This document shows positions 1-13,370 of a stretch of 64,000 bases of DNA, in pieces; position 1 is the stretch's first letter, and each line of letters opens with the position of its first letter. The stretch is from positions 48,484,001 through 48,548,000 of the forward strand of contig NC_083285.1 of assembly GCF_963506605.1 (NCBI RefSeq), in the 5' to 3' direction. The translations under genes were made by a program, and so were the position numbers. The notes below the pieces were generated by a model. The model saw only the letters and a program-made list of their open reading frames with translations. It made no database searches and was not told where the DNA came from. Source of the stretch: Zootoca vivipara (lineage: Eukaryota).

Positions 1-315
1 AAAAGTGGTGGACTCAAGGACTTGTACTTGCACTGCTGGACTTTTCCTAACGGCAGCTTGAATTGCTATTGAAACTTTAAAAAACAAGTTGACCAGAGAC
101 TACACAGTGGCAAAAAGACTTGAGTGCATGTGACAGTATACGGTAAGCAACACAGCTGATGGCAACTGCATAGCACTGACCCCAAACCACTAAAAGCCTG
201 TGATATAGCAAACATTTTAGAAGCAAATGATTCTCTAGTAGACAACAATTATGAAGTCTATTAATCAGCACAAAAAAATACCATAGAAGTTGCAGAAGTA
301 TGTCCCAGATGTTAC

Positions 316-383
316 CTGTAAAAATGAAATAAATCTTCCCATTTGTATTTGGCCATCACCTTCCACCTTACTGGAATCCATAG
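316..383 (-). CDS. WASHC4: WASHC4 exon 6 (68 nt)
   Basis: AAG acceptor, GTAAC donor; (A)[22 protein letters not shown]. Confidence 0.93.
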
Positions 384-3300
384 CTTGAAAGGTAAAATGA
401 AAGTTACAGGAATATTAGAAAACACATCGTTTACCTATTAATGACACTTAAGATGGCAAAGGGTGGGGGTTTTTTTAGTCATAATTTAAAATATACTACA
501 ACAAATCCATGCATTACCAATGGATTCCAAATGAATGATTCATTAGAAAATGCTCACTTCATGTTTAAATGCTACTTAATCACCACCCCACGTAAAGATT
601 ACCAATATTATCTATCAAAAAAGAAGAAACAGCAGAGATTTTTTACAAAAATCTTCAGAAGGTATTTTATATAGACAGGCATGAGCTGGTTCTATCTGAC
701 TGGATGTTTGCCAAACGATCATACAGAGTGGTCCCTCATGTTGTGAACGGGATCCGTTCCAGCGGCCCGTTCACAACATGAAAAGGCCACAACATGAAGC
801 GCCGCATCTGTGCACGTGCGTGATGCAATGCGGTGCTTCTGCGCATATGCAAAGTGTGATTTACACATGTGCGCAGGTTACGGACGCGCCAAACCTGGAA
901 GTAACCCGTTCCGGGACTTCCGGGTTCGGCGCGTCTGTAACCTGAAAAGACGCAACATGAAGCAGACATATCATGAGCTATGATTGTACTTTTTATGGCC
1001 CAAATCCCTAAGAATCATTTAGCAAATGACACATTTCTTAGTGGATATTATTTCTGTGTAGAAAAGTCCAAGCATCTTATGTGTACAACAGCAGGTGCAG
1101 CGAGTACATTCACTGGATTTTGTATATGTCATGTCAGATTCACTGTCCTGTACATCTTGTTTATGTGTTATGGGGAGCCACTGGCAATCAGGGCTTGCTG
1201 TTATATGCTCATATGGCAAAGTACATGTGGGAGCTTGTCACACATTGACTTTTCCCACCATTGCATCCCCATGGTGGAAGGAAACACACCTAACAAAGAT
1301 TCTTCCTGAGCACAAGTTACAGATGTACTCTGCCTGATACTAAATTTCCCAGCTCTATCTAAATGGCTTAGTCTGCAGGGGGGAGGGAATTACTGATAAA
1401 AATGTGAGTCTTGCAGCTGCTACAGCAATCTTTGCTTCCTGCCAGTGAGGAAGAAAATCAGAAGTGCCTTGTTTTAGTTTTGGCAGCACATCACTGTATC
1501 TTTCAAAAAGGATTTAAATACAAGCACAGCATATGAGATGCAGCATCTTCCAGGAATTCACAGTTTTAAGGTAAAGTTTATTTCCTGAAAGGTCATTAAC
1601 AGTTTTCATCCTTTGTGAATATTACTGCTAATGCATACTAGAAGTTTTCCTTTTACCATCTAAATTAGAAACAATTACTACACTTTAGTTCTATTGGAAC
1701 TTGTATCCTACAACATCAGAAGGCCACTTCCTCCTTCAAAGCATGAACGAGCCAATCTTCAAAGGATTCACATAGCAATGTGATCTCATTCATCACACTG
1801 ATGCAAGAAAGGAGACAGTGACTTTTCCATAAGCAGAAGAAACTATGCAAAACTGCCCAAAAGGTTGTGATCGGGTGACTGCCATTTCTGTGCTCAACAT
1901 CCTCTCCATTTTGGCAGTAACATTCTTTGAACACAAAGGCAGCATGGATCAAGGTCCCTCATGACTTCCTCTTCAAAGCACCCTCAGTATTTTAGCAAAA
2001 ACCATTCTTATGGGTTAGCAGCATTTCTATGCTGACATTAAAGCTTCCACTAAAGTATTACAATTTGGTTCTGGCAGACAGTATTCAAACTCCATCTTAC
2101 TTATGGCCTGTGATTGTTCATATAGCTAACAGACCACACATTGAACACCACTAACTTTAAGCTTTACTTCAAATAGAACTACTCAGAATTGAGCACTTTT
2201 ATCAATTAGATGTATCAGTTCATTACTGCCAGGCCATCCCCATGCAGAAGCAGACTGTTCACCCAGGAGAAAGGAAAAAAAAACTTCTATCTGACAGAAA
2301 CCCCTCATACTTCACTGAGTCCCAATCCAAAAGGGGTTCCTTAACTTGAGGTGGGGTTTTTTTTGTGAGGGCAGCTACTTCAAGAGTGGAGCTTAAAAGT
2401 CTCTGTATAAGTGGCAAAGCCGCCCACACCTGTCTGAATCCAGGCCAAGGACATACCAATTCTGTTGACCTTGCACATCACGCTGCCATTGAGCGGCATC
2501 AACAGAAGCCAAACATTTATCTTTTGCAACTGTTTAAGCAACTCTGCCAAATGCTCAAACAGATTAAAGGTAAGGTGAGTTGTTCTCTGTGGCTTCAAAT
2601 TTGGTTTCAAAACTAACCAAAGAATAATTTTCACATATTAGCAAGATGGGCACAGCAACCTTGACATGCAGAGCCCCTGGCCAGCAGAGAAGTGTTTTAA
2701 TCAGATGGGCACATCCACTGCAAGGGCTATGCTCCTGAATAGAGCTACCACCGGCAGTAGCACATTTTAGGCCCTGGAGCTTTTGGCTTCAGGAAGCATC
2801 GCCTCCCACATCGAGTGGGCGTCGGAGAGATCAAAATCCAGCCCTCAAAACTTCCACCATTCTAGATAGCCTTTCGCCATCTTGGGGAGCAGAGGACACT
2901 GGATCCAAGGCCCTTTTGTCAGTTCATGAGGTTCTGTTTGCCTCCACACCACTAAAAAAAAAATTCATGCAAGCCTGGATATTGGGATACAAGTTCCACT
3001 TTGCAATGGAACCAGTGGAGGGGAAGAAAGAAAGATGATCCATGCTATGGGGAGCAGAAGAGGAAATTCCTCCTCTCTCATACACCTCCTGGCTTGGCCG
3101 TTGCAAATGAACAGGTGTTTGGAAGTGGTGGGTGATGTGACCCCACCATCACACCCCCACCATCACCCTACCTAGTAACAGCTCCGAGCTTGTGGAACAC
3201 CCTACTCACAGAGATATATCTAGTATTGCCATTGTATAACTTTCACCATAGGCTGAAGATGCACCACTGAACCCTGAGAGAACCCACCCTATTCTAACCT

Positions 3301-6300
3301 ATCCTGGGACCTCATGGCAGATGATGTGCAAGAAATCCAACCAAAAGCAGACTGAACTGTAAAGTACTTACCTCCTTCTCCATAAAACAAGAGGCCATTA
3401 TAAAATTTTGTTTCTGCCTAGGAACAAAGAAAAGATTTTTCCCCTTGAATATGAAGTCTATAGTCATACCTTCATAATATAGATGGTGAATTAACTAGTT
3501 TCTAGAAAGCAGTTTGTAGTTGGCAAAATGATGAGATATTTACCTCATATCTTAACTTTTTTATTTCACAGCAAAGGGCAGCATACACAGTGATTACTTT
3601 GTTTAGAACCTGGATAAATGAAATAGAAAAGCTAAATATTAGTACATCAATATCTATCTATCTATCTATCTCTGCAGCAAAGGGAGAGATGGGGATCAGG
3701 CCAGGGCTAGCTACATTTAGCACATTCTCTCTCTAAAATATTTCCATTCAAGCTGATTATTAGAAGAACATGTGCCTGAGTTCCCTTTTTTTCCTCCTCC
3801 CTTTCCAATTATCTTCCTTTTTGGTGTGTTTTAGGTTGTAAGTCTGGAGGCAGGAACTTTGCTGTTTGTTGCCGATATTATGTAAACTGCTCTAGAAGCC
3901 TTTTCAGCTGAAGAATGGAGTAAAAAGGTTTTCGTAATACATATTTAAAATTAAGAACTTTACCTTGTTTTCCGTATTTATGAGTTCGAGTAAGGAAGAC
4001 TGTTCATAAGGCAAAAGCTAAAATAAAACAAAACAACTGGTGATTTTAGGAAGCCAGAGACCTGCCACATTACTGAATAGGCTAAAATATCCAATTACAG
4101 TTGACACACCTGTTTCAAACAAAATCTTAAGTGCAAATATACAGGCGGATTACATATATATTTTAAATTATGATACTGGCAGTAACAGAGATAGTTTGCT
4201 TAAAAAGAAAAGAACTAATAAACAAACAAACAAACCCTGTCCAAACCCTCCCCCTGTATGGGGGAGGGGGAGGAACCACACAGAGCAGAACTACAAGTTT
4301 TTCCCCCAAATGTTATTTTTAGAAACATATTAACAAAACGACAGCTATCACATGGAAACGATCTAGCATACAATGACTTGTATGATTTCTAAACAGGCCC
4401 ATTGCTAGATATCACTAGGGTTCCAGGAATTTGAGGGACTTTGGAATGCACAAGGAGCTGCCACCAGAAGATTATGAAAACCTTGGCTCCCAGTCTAAAT
4501 TAACCATGATTCCCATCTATCAGCTTTACCTCTATAGGTTTTCCATAATGATTTCTTACGATTACATAGGGTTTTGTTTTTTAAAGTCACACAGCTCATA
4601 AAAACTTCTTCTGAAGAGACCACCAACAGATGAGAGGATTCAACAAGGGCACCTGCTCCTCCACTTCCCCTCAGCAAATTTTAAAAGCCTTGAGCCTTGA
4701 GTGGAACTCAATGGGATACACACACACATATATAATTGTGTTTATTTTTAATGTTTGCTTCTCCCCTCCCCCTGTTTTTTCCTGTTTGTATGTTAGTTGT
4801 ATGCTGCCTAGAGTCCCTTATCAAGGGAAAAGCCAAGCTATAAATAATAGAAACAATAATTCCTGTGTTTTTATATTTTCTTCAATTTTAAATTTTGTTG
4901 CCTTTTTCTTTAAACTGCTTTTAGCTTAGGAAACACAATATATGTCTGGGGGACGGGGACGGGAAGGCTCTATTGAACAAAAACACGAAGAAGGTACCAG
5001 GTTCAATTCTGGCATCTCTAGGTAGAGCTGGGATATAAACCTCTGTCTGAAGTCTTCAAAAGCCAACAGCGTAGACACCAAAGGCCTGATTCGGTATAAG
5101 GCAATTTCCTAGGCTTCTAGGAGGGGACCATGCCTCAGGTACCCCATACCACCCTGCCTTTCCTCTGTGCCCAAGTCACCACAGGGCAGCACTGACTAGG
5201 TAGGATGAGAGAGATGGTCTGCTGCAGGGGTGGGGAACCTTTTGCAGCCACATTCCCTTCAAGGCAACATTCCAGGAACCACATGCCAGTAGTGGGCAAG
5301 ACCAGAACAACACACGAGGCATAACCCATAGGGCAAGCCTTGGTTACAGTGTGTGGTTAGTCTGGAGAGAGCTAAACCATAAGACCAGGTTTGCAGAACA
5401 CATTAAGCCAAATAATGGCTCAATATTGCAACAGAATAACTAAGGAGGAGCGAAGTACCCATGATTTCTTCTCCTGGAGCCCACATGCTTGCGCATTCGT
5501 GCTAAGCTATGCTTTGGTTTATGGTGACATGCAAAGCGTGTCAATGTTTAAAACAGAATACTTCTCTTCTGAAAGCAGCTGAATGCTAGACATCCCTGTA
5601 CCCAGCCACACACAGAGGTCATTAATAACACGGGATATACATTGTGCATAGCTATGCAAAGCACTACAGCCCTATTCCAAAGAGCTTTAGCTCACAGATA
5701 TCAATTACACAACATAATTAAGTGAACAGAGACAAGTGCATAGTAAACAAAAGCTTACATTTAATGCAATGGGATCAAGATTGAAATCCCAAACATCTCC
5801 TACGGAGTCATCCAATGCATCTTCAATTCGCTTCAGCTGAGAAGTGTATGCCTCTAGAAATTTCCCATAATTCTTCAACTGTACTCCAACATGAATTTCT
5901 AAAAATAAATTGTATTCCATTAGGACAGGTTATTTGTTATCATAGTCATTAAACTAGCATCTCTTAAACCTTCAACAGAGACAATCTAGATCACAGGTGG
6001 TCAACTTGCAGACCTCCAAAAAGTTGTGGAACTACAACTCCCACAATTCCTCATCATTAGCCGTGCTGGCTGGGGCAGACATGAGTTAAGTCCAACAGCA
6101 CCTAGTAGACCAAAGGTTGGCCACTCCTGACCTAGATAAATATGCTGTTGTTCAAGTGAACGTCCTGTGTGTGCCTTTTTTGTTTTTTGATTTAAAAGAT
6201 CTATTTCCACAATAGGCGATTTTACAATGTTGTGTATGCAAATTTAACCTCATACAAAGGACCTATCTGTCCAAAGCAGAACAAGACAAAGTCCACATAA

Positions 6301-9300
6301 AGTTACATGAACTTCTGAATGTATGAATCATGTATTTATGTACTAAACTGTAACTACCGGTAGTCACCCCTATTTTTCCAGGGATATTTTCAGTATCCTA
6401 ACAACAATATGCAACATCACTAATATTAGCAGCCTTGGAATTTAACCAATGTTAACTCCAACTTTTAAAAAGGAATCAATGGCGTGACCAGGATATTAAA
6501 GGTCTGTTAAGCTAGGAGTACAGCTAAATGAGTGGGAAGTTATTTCTCAAGCTAGAATTTTTAAAACTATTGAAAACAAAACTTGTTGAGGAAGAAGCAC
6601 TGTAGTTTCTGCAAACAGAACTCATGTTTCATCAACCTAAAATTATGAGTGTCAGCACTTAGGAGTAATCTGGCACACATTATAAACTTAGATTTCCAAA
6701 AAATATTTGACCAAGCCCCCAAAGGTTTCTAAGTAATCTTAGAGGTCATGAGCTACGGCGAACAGATTCTCTTAGAGACCAACTGAAGAACAGGAAGCAG
6801 AGGATATAAAGAAACAGTTTTCACAATTGAGGGAAGTAACCATTAGGGTCCACTGTTTTTAAACTCCTATTAATTAATTTATAATTAACTGTAGTTGAGT
6901 GTCAACTGTAGCAGTGTTAGCCAGGTTTGTAGATGACACAAACAGATTAAAAATATGGTAAGTCAAACAAACAGTGAAGAACTCCAAGAAGCTCCCCTCA
7001 AACTGGATGAATGAGCAACAAATACGTAAATGAGATTTACTGTAAGTACAACGGAATGGGGAGGGGGAGCAAACTCTCAACTTCATAACTGACAGGCACA
7101 GTCATTGAATGTTCTGTCCAGTAAATGGTTGTGAAGTAAGCTCCAGGAAAACATCCTCAATATGCAGCAGTAGTGAGAAAAGAAAATTCTATGCTAGGTG
7201 GATAGAGAAATCTTTCTCATAACATTAGAACTCAGGGTCACCAATAAATCTGATTAGCAGCAGATTCAGAAGAAAGAAAAGACTTCTTCACACAGTATAT
7301 GGTAAGATTATTGAATTTGCTGCCACCAAGACATGGTGATGGCTATTGGCTTAAATGGCTTCAAAAGTGATGAACCAGCTAAACATATTTCATGTTCAGA
7401 GGCAGTGTGTCTCTGGGACAGTGGTGCTGTTGCCTTCATGCTCTCTAGTTGTAGATTTCAAAGACTAGGTGGATCATTGAGCTGATCCAGTAGGACTGAT
7501 CTAACGTTGCCGTTTTCCATCAATGAACATCTACAAGCTGTATGTTAGCTAAGGATTCTCAAAACAACAACTTTGAAATGGTTTTTTGCTGATAGGAGCT
7601 CCTTGCTTTGGAGCGGATATATTTTCTTCATTTACAACAAAGCAGGAAACTGTTTTCCTTTCCCACACAGTCAACTAAACATGGTTGCTTATAATAAAGC
7701 TTTATTCAGTTTCTCTTAGCAGAAGCAATGAAACTAGAACCGAGCAATATTTGCAGTGTTAAATAATGCATTACTAGTACTAGCATCTTTACTTTTAGCA
7801 ACAACATAAAAACTGAAAGTAGTATACAGTGACATATTGATGCAAATGCACACCAATTGCCTATATTGCAATAAATAAATAAATAAATAAGTGGTAGCGG
7901 TCAACTTTAAAAGGACAAGTTATAGCCAGAATATTGTTGAAACTTAAGACTGTGCTGAATCCAAAGGTAATTTTAACTCTCAGCCTGTGTTCACAACGTA
8001 GCAGTCTTATCAATTCTAAAAGAATTTACACACGACAGTCATAATCCAGAGAAGATGATAGCATATACACTTGAATTTTTACTTCCATTTTTGCTAATAC
8101 AGTTTCTAGCACTAAACCTGGGGTCAGCAAACTTTTTCAGCAGGGGGCCGGTCCACTGTCCCTCAGACCTTGTGGGGGGCCGGACTATATTTTGAAAAAA
8201 TATATGAATGAATTCCTATGCCTCACAAATAACCCAGAGATGCATTTTAAATAAAATGACACATTCTACTCATGTAAAAACACCAGGCAGGTCCCACAAA
8301 TAACCAGAGATGCATTTTAAATAAAAGAACACATTCTACTCATGTAAAAGCATGCTGATTCCCGAACCGTCCACGGGCCAGATTGAGAAGGCGATTGGGC
8401 CGCATCCGGCCCCCGGGCCTTAGTTTGGTGACCCCTGCACTAAACCATCAACTGCTTTTAAGTACTATGAATGAAAAGCAGCAGGTTTGTTTAAAACTGG
8501 CAGCTACAATATTGTAAAAGAAGCAAAAACTTTATAGGGCACATTTGTAAGTAAAAAATCTAAGGCAGTTTACAACAATAACAATTAAATACAGGCAAAA
8601 ATTCAAAAAGCTTCTAAAAATACCCTCAACAAAAATAAAACCATTAATAAAATACACAATTTGTAAGACTCACAAAATATTCCTGAATCAGTCTCACAAA
8701 ATCTTCCAACACCCACAAGACAAAGATAATGCAAAAGCCACTAACCCACTGCTGAGTTTCTGATAAGAAATTTCTCCTAATGCTCAGCTGAAATCCATAC
8801 TCCTCTAACTTAAGCCCATTAAATCTAGTCCTCCTCTCTGAGAAAGCAAAGAAATACCTGGACAACACAGAAGAGGGCCAGAAGTCCTCTTTCGCAGTTT
8901 CTTCAACTTTTTTCTCATAACGTTTGTTTTCCAAACCCCTGACCACCTCATTTGAACTTGTTCAAAAAGTAAGACGCCCAGAGCAAGACACGGTACTCCA
9001 TGTGACATTAGACTAGTGCAGAATAAAGCAGAGCCATTGTCTATTGCAACTTAGAAACCACATTTCTACTAATACAGCCAAAAATTGCATTAGCCTTTCT
9101 TACACATCACAGTGCTGACTCATGTTCAGCTTGCAATAGACTACAATCCCAAGACATGGGATTGATCTCATGACACTGAGCTACACATTCTTCGTGACAT
9201 ACTCCCCTTCCATATCTTAGGCATGTCCTTTTTATTTTCAGCTGATTAAATTATGGTGCTGGAGGAGACTCTTGAGAGTCCCATGGACTGCAAGAAGATC

Positions 9301-11831
9301 AAACCTATCCATTCTTAAGGAAATCAGCCCTGAGTGTTCACTGGAAGGACAGATCCTGAAGCTGAGGCTCCAAAACTTTGGCCACCTCATGAGAAGACTC
9401 CCTGGAAAAGACCCTGATGTTGGGAAAGATTGAGGGCACTAGGAGAAGGGGACGACAGAGGACGAGGTGGTTGGACAGTGTTCTCAAAGCTACGAACATG
9501 AGTATGACCAAGCTACGGGAGGCAGTGGAAGACAGGAGTGCCTGGCGTGCTATGGTCCATGGGGTCACAAAGAGTCGGACACGACTAAACAACGACAACA
9601 ACCAGCAGGGTTTTTTTGGTGTAGCTATACTGACTTTTTTATAGGTCTTCTATTTCTTTCTCTCATTGAAACTTTTGTGATTGTTCTTTAGGAATATCTA
9701 GTCATGGAATCCTACCTAGCAGTTCTCTGAGCTTATTCAAATCAGCTTTCCTAAAATCCAAGTTACATTTTTAACTATATTCACCTTTGGCTTTCTATTA
9801 AATAACGGATTCCAGCATTACATAGTCAATTACACAAGAGTTCACATATGAGTCAAATATACTGTTCAGAAGCTATAATTTAAGACAATCAAAGGCATCA
9901 TCCCACAAAAGCTACACAGGAAGTTTTAAATGAAATGATTTAGAGAATAAATATTTTTAACCAGCTTTACAAGATAGCTTTCATCTTGCTTTCTTTATCA
10001 TCTTGCTTCCCTGACCCACCTGCAAGGTGATTTGAAAGGCAGATGTTAAATGTCAAAGTTTTCCTGTTTTTTGTTTCATTTCATCTAATTACTTCAATAT
10101 TCTGTGAATTCTGTGTGGAAAACATTATAAACTTCTGTTGCATATGCCAGAAAGAGCAGGTAGACAGAATGTCAAGATAGGAAATTTAGTTTTTCCTTTA
10201 AAAAAAAAAAAGGCCATCGATATGCTATAGATCAATGTGACAAAAATGGATCAGTTCACGACATTCTCCAAGTAAGGGTTGTGTATTAGATAAAGCATGA
10301 TAATTCAATTCAAATTATGCATAGCATACTAATATGACGTGTACATGCAAGTGTGTGGAAGAACAATTTACATAGGTTTAAATTTTAACACCATGAAATC
10401 ATTGTCACATGCAATTATTCTTGTGTTTTTTAAATGAAGGTTGTGAAAACAAAGTGGAAGAGAGTGTCCAGTTTCTTCAAACTAAAGTGAAGAGAGTGAA
10501 AGCCACATACCACCCAACTAAATTATTTCAAGCATGACTTAATTTTTCTGGCTAATGACTAGTGTAGCTGCAAGAATAAAGCCTAACTGTGTCTAAGAAG
10601 AAAGCACATACTTAATGAGAAAGCAAAGAATAGGCAACCAAAAATTTGGGGAAGATTTGGAATAAAGTGGCTATTTTAGAAGAATAAAGCGAAACAGAAC
10701 CCCAAAGACACAGGCAAAGAGAATGGAAAGTGTTATTACTGTATTAACAAGGAAGCTGCTTGTCAGAGTGCAAAGCCTCAATTGAAAGGTGGGAAGGGTA
10801 CTTCCAGAAATCAAGCTGCAGCCCAACACTCAGAACACAGAGGTTTCTTACTGCCAGCTGACCTACAGCAAGTTGCATTACAATAACCAATAGCTTCCCA
10901 TATTGGACCTATCAATGGCTGCTTGCCAGAATGGCTATGTTCTGCCTAATAGCGGAAATCACAAGTGGGAAAGTGCTATTTCAATTCAGTCCCGTTTGTG
11001 GGCTCCTTATAGTGTGAGAATACTATGCTGGTCTAAGTGAGCTTTTGGTCTGATCCAGCAGGACTCTTGTTACATTCTATATTAGACCCAATGTTGTTGA
11101 ACCTGTGGTATGTATACAATCATTTGTTCAGTATTCATTTGAAATAATCTCCTTACCCCAAACTTCCATATTGACAATCACTTATAAAAAGATAAGATTC
11201 CCTGTTTTACCCACAGAGATGCAATAAAACTCAGGGGAAATCTATCAAACTCTTGTCAGTCCAAAAACAGAGCAGATAAATGTTGGTGATTGTATGGATC
11301 TCCGCCACACAACAAATCTTGAATTCAGGTGTCTGCTAAAGTGACAGAGAGTTGATTATACATTTCCGCTCCATAGCAAACCAGAACTACCACCACACTC
11401 CAGATGTATATTGACAACCATGATGCACAGCAACAATTCCCTCTTAATTCAAACATGAGATTGCTTAATCACGTATGTTTGGAAACTTTTAAAGCACAGT
11501 GCAACTTGCAAGAAGCATGGCTAAAGAGTTATAAAAAGGAGACGAATTTTACTCCCTATCCCAATGCATGTTTATTGGCAGCAGGAGGACTATCTGCGTT
11601 ATAGAACCAGAGGGTAGCATTGTAATCCCCAATAAATTAATTCGGGGGGGGGAGGGGCATGATTGTTTATAGTAGAAAAAATGCAACTATAAAATAATTA
11701 AAAACATGTAGACTGTTACTCATACTGTATCATACTATCCTCTGGACTGAGTTTCTATTTTGGACCATTAAGTCAAGTGGGAGGTGGTAATGGAACATGG
11801 CCGAAATGGTAAAACTGACAGCATGCAAAAA

Positions 11832-11871
<40 letters not shown>

Positions 11872-12613
11872 AAAGGGGGGGTGTCATCTTTGTTAATTAC
11901 TGGAACGAGACTTTTAACAAGAAACAAGTTTTTAACAGTACAATCCCACGCATGCCTGCTCAGAAGTTAAGATCCAGAAGACCTTTTCCACCCCATTTCG
12001 GGATAGAGACTCCTTCCTCTCAACCTGGCAGGAATTCGTGTGCTATTGATTTTTGGCCTCTGGGAAGAAAGGAGGTGGTTTTTGTACAGGTAATGATGAT
12101 GACACCCTTGTACCCTTCAACCACCTTGACCGCGAGCAAATGGGTAGCTGAAGAGCGTGGCTGCCAAAGGTGCCAGCTTCCCAAAGAGGGAGCTTGAGGC
12201 TGCCTCTGGTCATCTCCCTACCCCACCCCATAAGACCACCCCCACCCCCCCAAAAAGATGCACAAGGCTGCTGACAGGCAGGCAGGCAGTCTCTGGGCAG
12301 GGCAGGGCAGGCAAAAGGCCTCCCTCAGGGGTCAGTCGGGGCGGGACAGAGAGAGAAGGGAGCTGTGGGGAGGCGAGGCCCCTTTTCATGGGGGAGGCCG
12401 TTTTGACTACGGGAGGGTGAGGGGGGGAGCGGGATGTCCTCATCATGAGCAGAAGGACTCAACCCCCCATCCCTCCAAAATGGGGGGGGACCAACCCCGC
12501 TGTTGGGTCCCCTCAGAGAATGAGACACGCTTCCCGCCTCCCTCGCGCTTACTCTGAGAACCGTCGTCGACGCGGTCGAACTCCCAGTCCGGCGAGAGGG
12601 TCTCCAGCGCCAT
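316..12613 (-). CDS. WASHC4: WASH complex subunit 4 (KIAA1033/SWIP), coding exons 1-6; gene continues beyond the left edge
   Basis: Spliced exons 12613-12553, 5898-5759, 4017-3964, 3609-3544, 3417-3372, 383-316, all GT-AG and phase-consistent, translate [145 protein letters not shown], recognisable as the WASHC4 N-terminus. Confidence 0.97.
724..986. mobile_element. Tc1/mariner (Tigger-like) MITE
   Basis: TA-flanked with degenerate CAG...TG termini; CpG-rich interior. Confidence 0.6.
3372..3417 (-). CDS. WASHC4: WASHC4 exon 5 (46 nt)
   Basis: TAG acceptor, GTAAGT donor; [15 protein letters not shown]. Confidence 0.95.
3544..3609 (-). CDS. WASHC4: WASHC4 exon 4 (66 nt)
   Basis: CAG acceptor, GTAAAT donor; [22 protein letters not shown]. 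Confidence 0.95.
3964..4017 (-). CDS. WASHC4: WASHC4 exon 3 (54 nt)
   Basis: TAG acceptor, GTAAAG donor; [18 protein letters not shown]. Confidence 0.95.
5759..5898 (-). CDS. WASHC4: WASHC4 exon 2 (140 nt)
   Basis: TTTTAG acceptor, GTAAGC donor; [14 protein letters not shown]...[10 protein letters not shown] (within ORF 5705..5920). Confidence 0.96.
6690..7370 (+). mobile_element. Degenerate CR1 LINE 3' fragment
   Basis: Remnants resembling RT motifs DFQKAFDK and FADDT, followed by a CR1-like 3' region. Confidence 0.65.
8118..8437. mobile_element. hAT-type MITE with 8-bp TSD CACTAAAC
   Basis: TIRs CTGGGGTCAGCAAACT / AGTTTGGTGACCCCTG; TSD at 8110-8117 and 8438-8445; internal ~55-bp direct duplication. 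Confidence 0.9.
8735..9155 (-). mobile_element. Degenerate CR1 LINE fragment
   Basis: Minus-strand translation resembles the CR1 ORF2 C-terminus ([11 protein letters not shown]..., RFNGLKL...FQLSIRRNF). Confidence 0.65.
9247..9602 (+). mobile_element. BovB (RTE) LINE 3' fragment
   Basis: [20 protein letters not shown]...[16 protein letters not shown] followed by a (CAA)n tail. Confidence 0.92.
11827..11874. repeat. (AAAG)n microsatellite
   Basis: Read directly. Confidence 0.95.
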
Positions 12614-12880
12614 GACGGACCCGCGCCCAGCGGCGGCGCCAGCAAGAGCAGCAGAAGCAGCAGCAGACCTGCCCCTTACCACCCGACTCCAAAGACACGG
12701 GACTTCCTGCCACGCCCGCAAGGCAGGCTGGGAAATGGAGTTTCCGGAGCTCGGGGCGGCCGCGGCGCTTTGGGCTGTTAGAGGGGCGCCCAAACAGCGG
12801 CCCCTGCCGGGTGAAGCGGGCCTGGCAACCGGGGAGGGAAGCTCGTGACAGGCAGCGGGAGGTGCAGTTTCAGCCCGCAC
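12330..12880 (-). promoter_or_regulatory. WASHC4: WASHC4 CpG-island promoter
   Basis: GC/CpG-rich block spanning exon 1; ETS-like ACTTCC (~12703) and TTCCGG (~12742) motifs; GC boxes. Confidence 0.8.
12553..12613 (-). CDS. WASHC4: WASHC4 exon 1 coding part (61 nt)
   Basis: GTCATGG start, GTAAGC donor; [20 protein letters not shown]. Confidence 0.96.
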
Positions 12881-13154
12881 TGAAAACTGAAAGCAAATAT
12901 ATTCCGATTTGCAGCAGCAGGGCAATTTTAGGAATGTCAACTCAGAATCAGGCCCTTGCAATCCGGGGCACATTCAGCTGAGAGTTAAACCTAATGGTGC
13001 TTATTTCTCTGAATAGGTTATGGTTAGGCAGGGACGACCCACCTGCTAGGTGAGTTGAAGCGACTGCCTCAGGTGGCAGGATCCAAAGAGGCAACAGATT
13101 CTGCCTCCAGGAAATGCACTGCCTGCAGAGACCTGGGCGCCTGCAACTGGTTCC

Positions 13155-13370
13155 TGGAGAGCCGGTTTGGTGTAGTGGTTACAGTCTTGGGCTTGGACCT
13201 GACACACTAGGGTCCAAATCCCCACTCAGCCATGAAGCTCCACGGGTCACCTTGGGTCAGTCACTGCCTCTTAGCTTGACCTACCTCACAGGGTTGTTGT
13301 GGGGATTAAATAAGGAGAGGGGGAGCTCATTAGAGGAAAAACAGGGATATAAATGCAATAAATTAATAAT
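13155..13370 (+). mobile_element. MIR/CORE-like tRNA-derived SINE (related copies at ~18655-18840 -, ~26080-26385 -, ~52305-52515 +)
   Basis: A box GGTGTAGTGG, B-box-like GGTCCAAATCCC, core ACCTACCTCACAGGGTTGTTGTG. Confidence 0.75.

Noticed and set aside
12443-12973. 176-aa minus-strand ORF as a single-exon gene or N-terminal extension
   Set aside because: Only 12613-12553 matches WASHC4; the rest is promoter and intron read-through in GC-rich DNA
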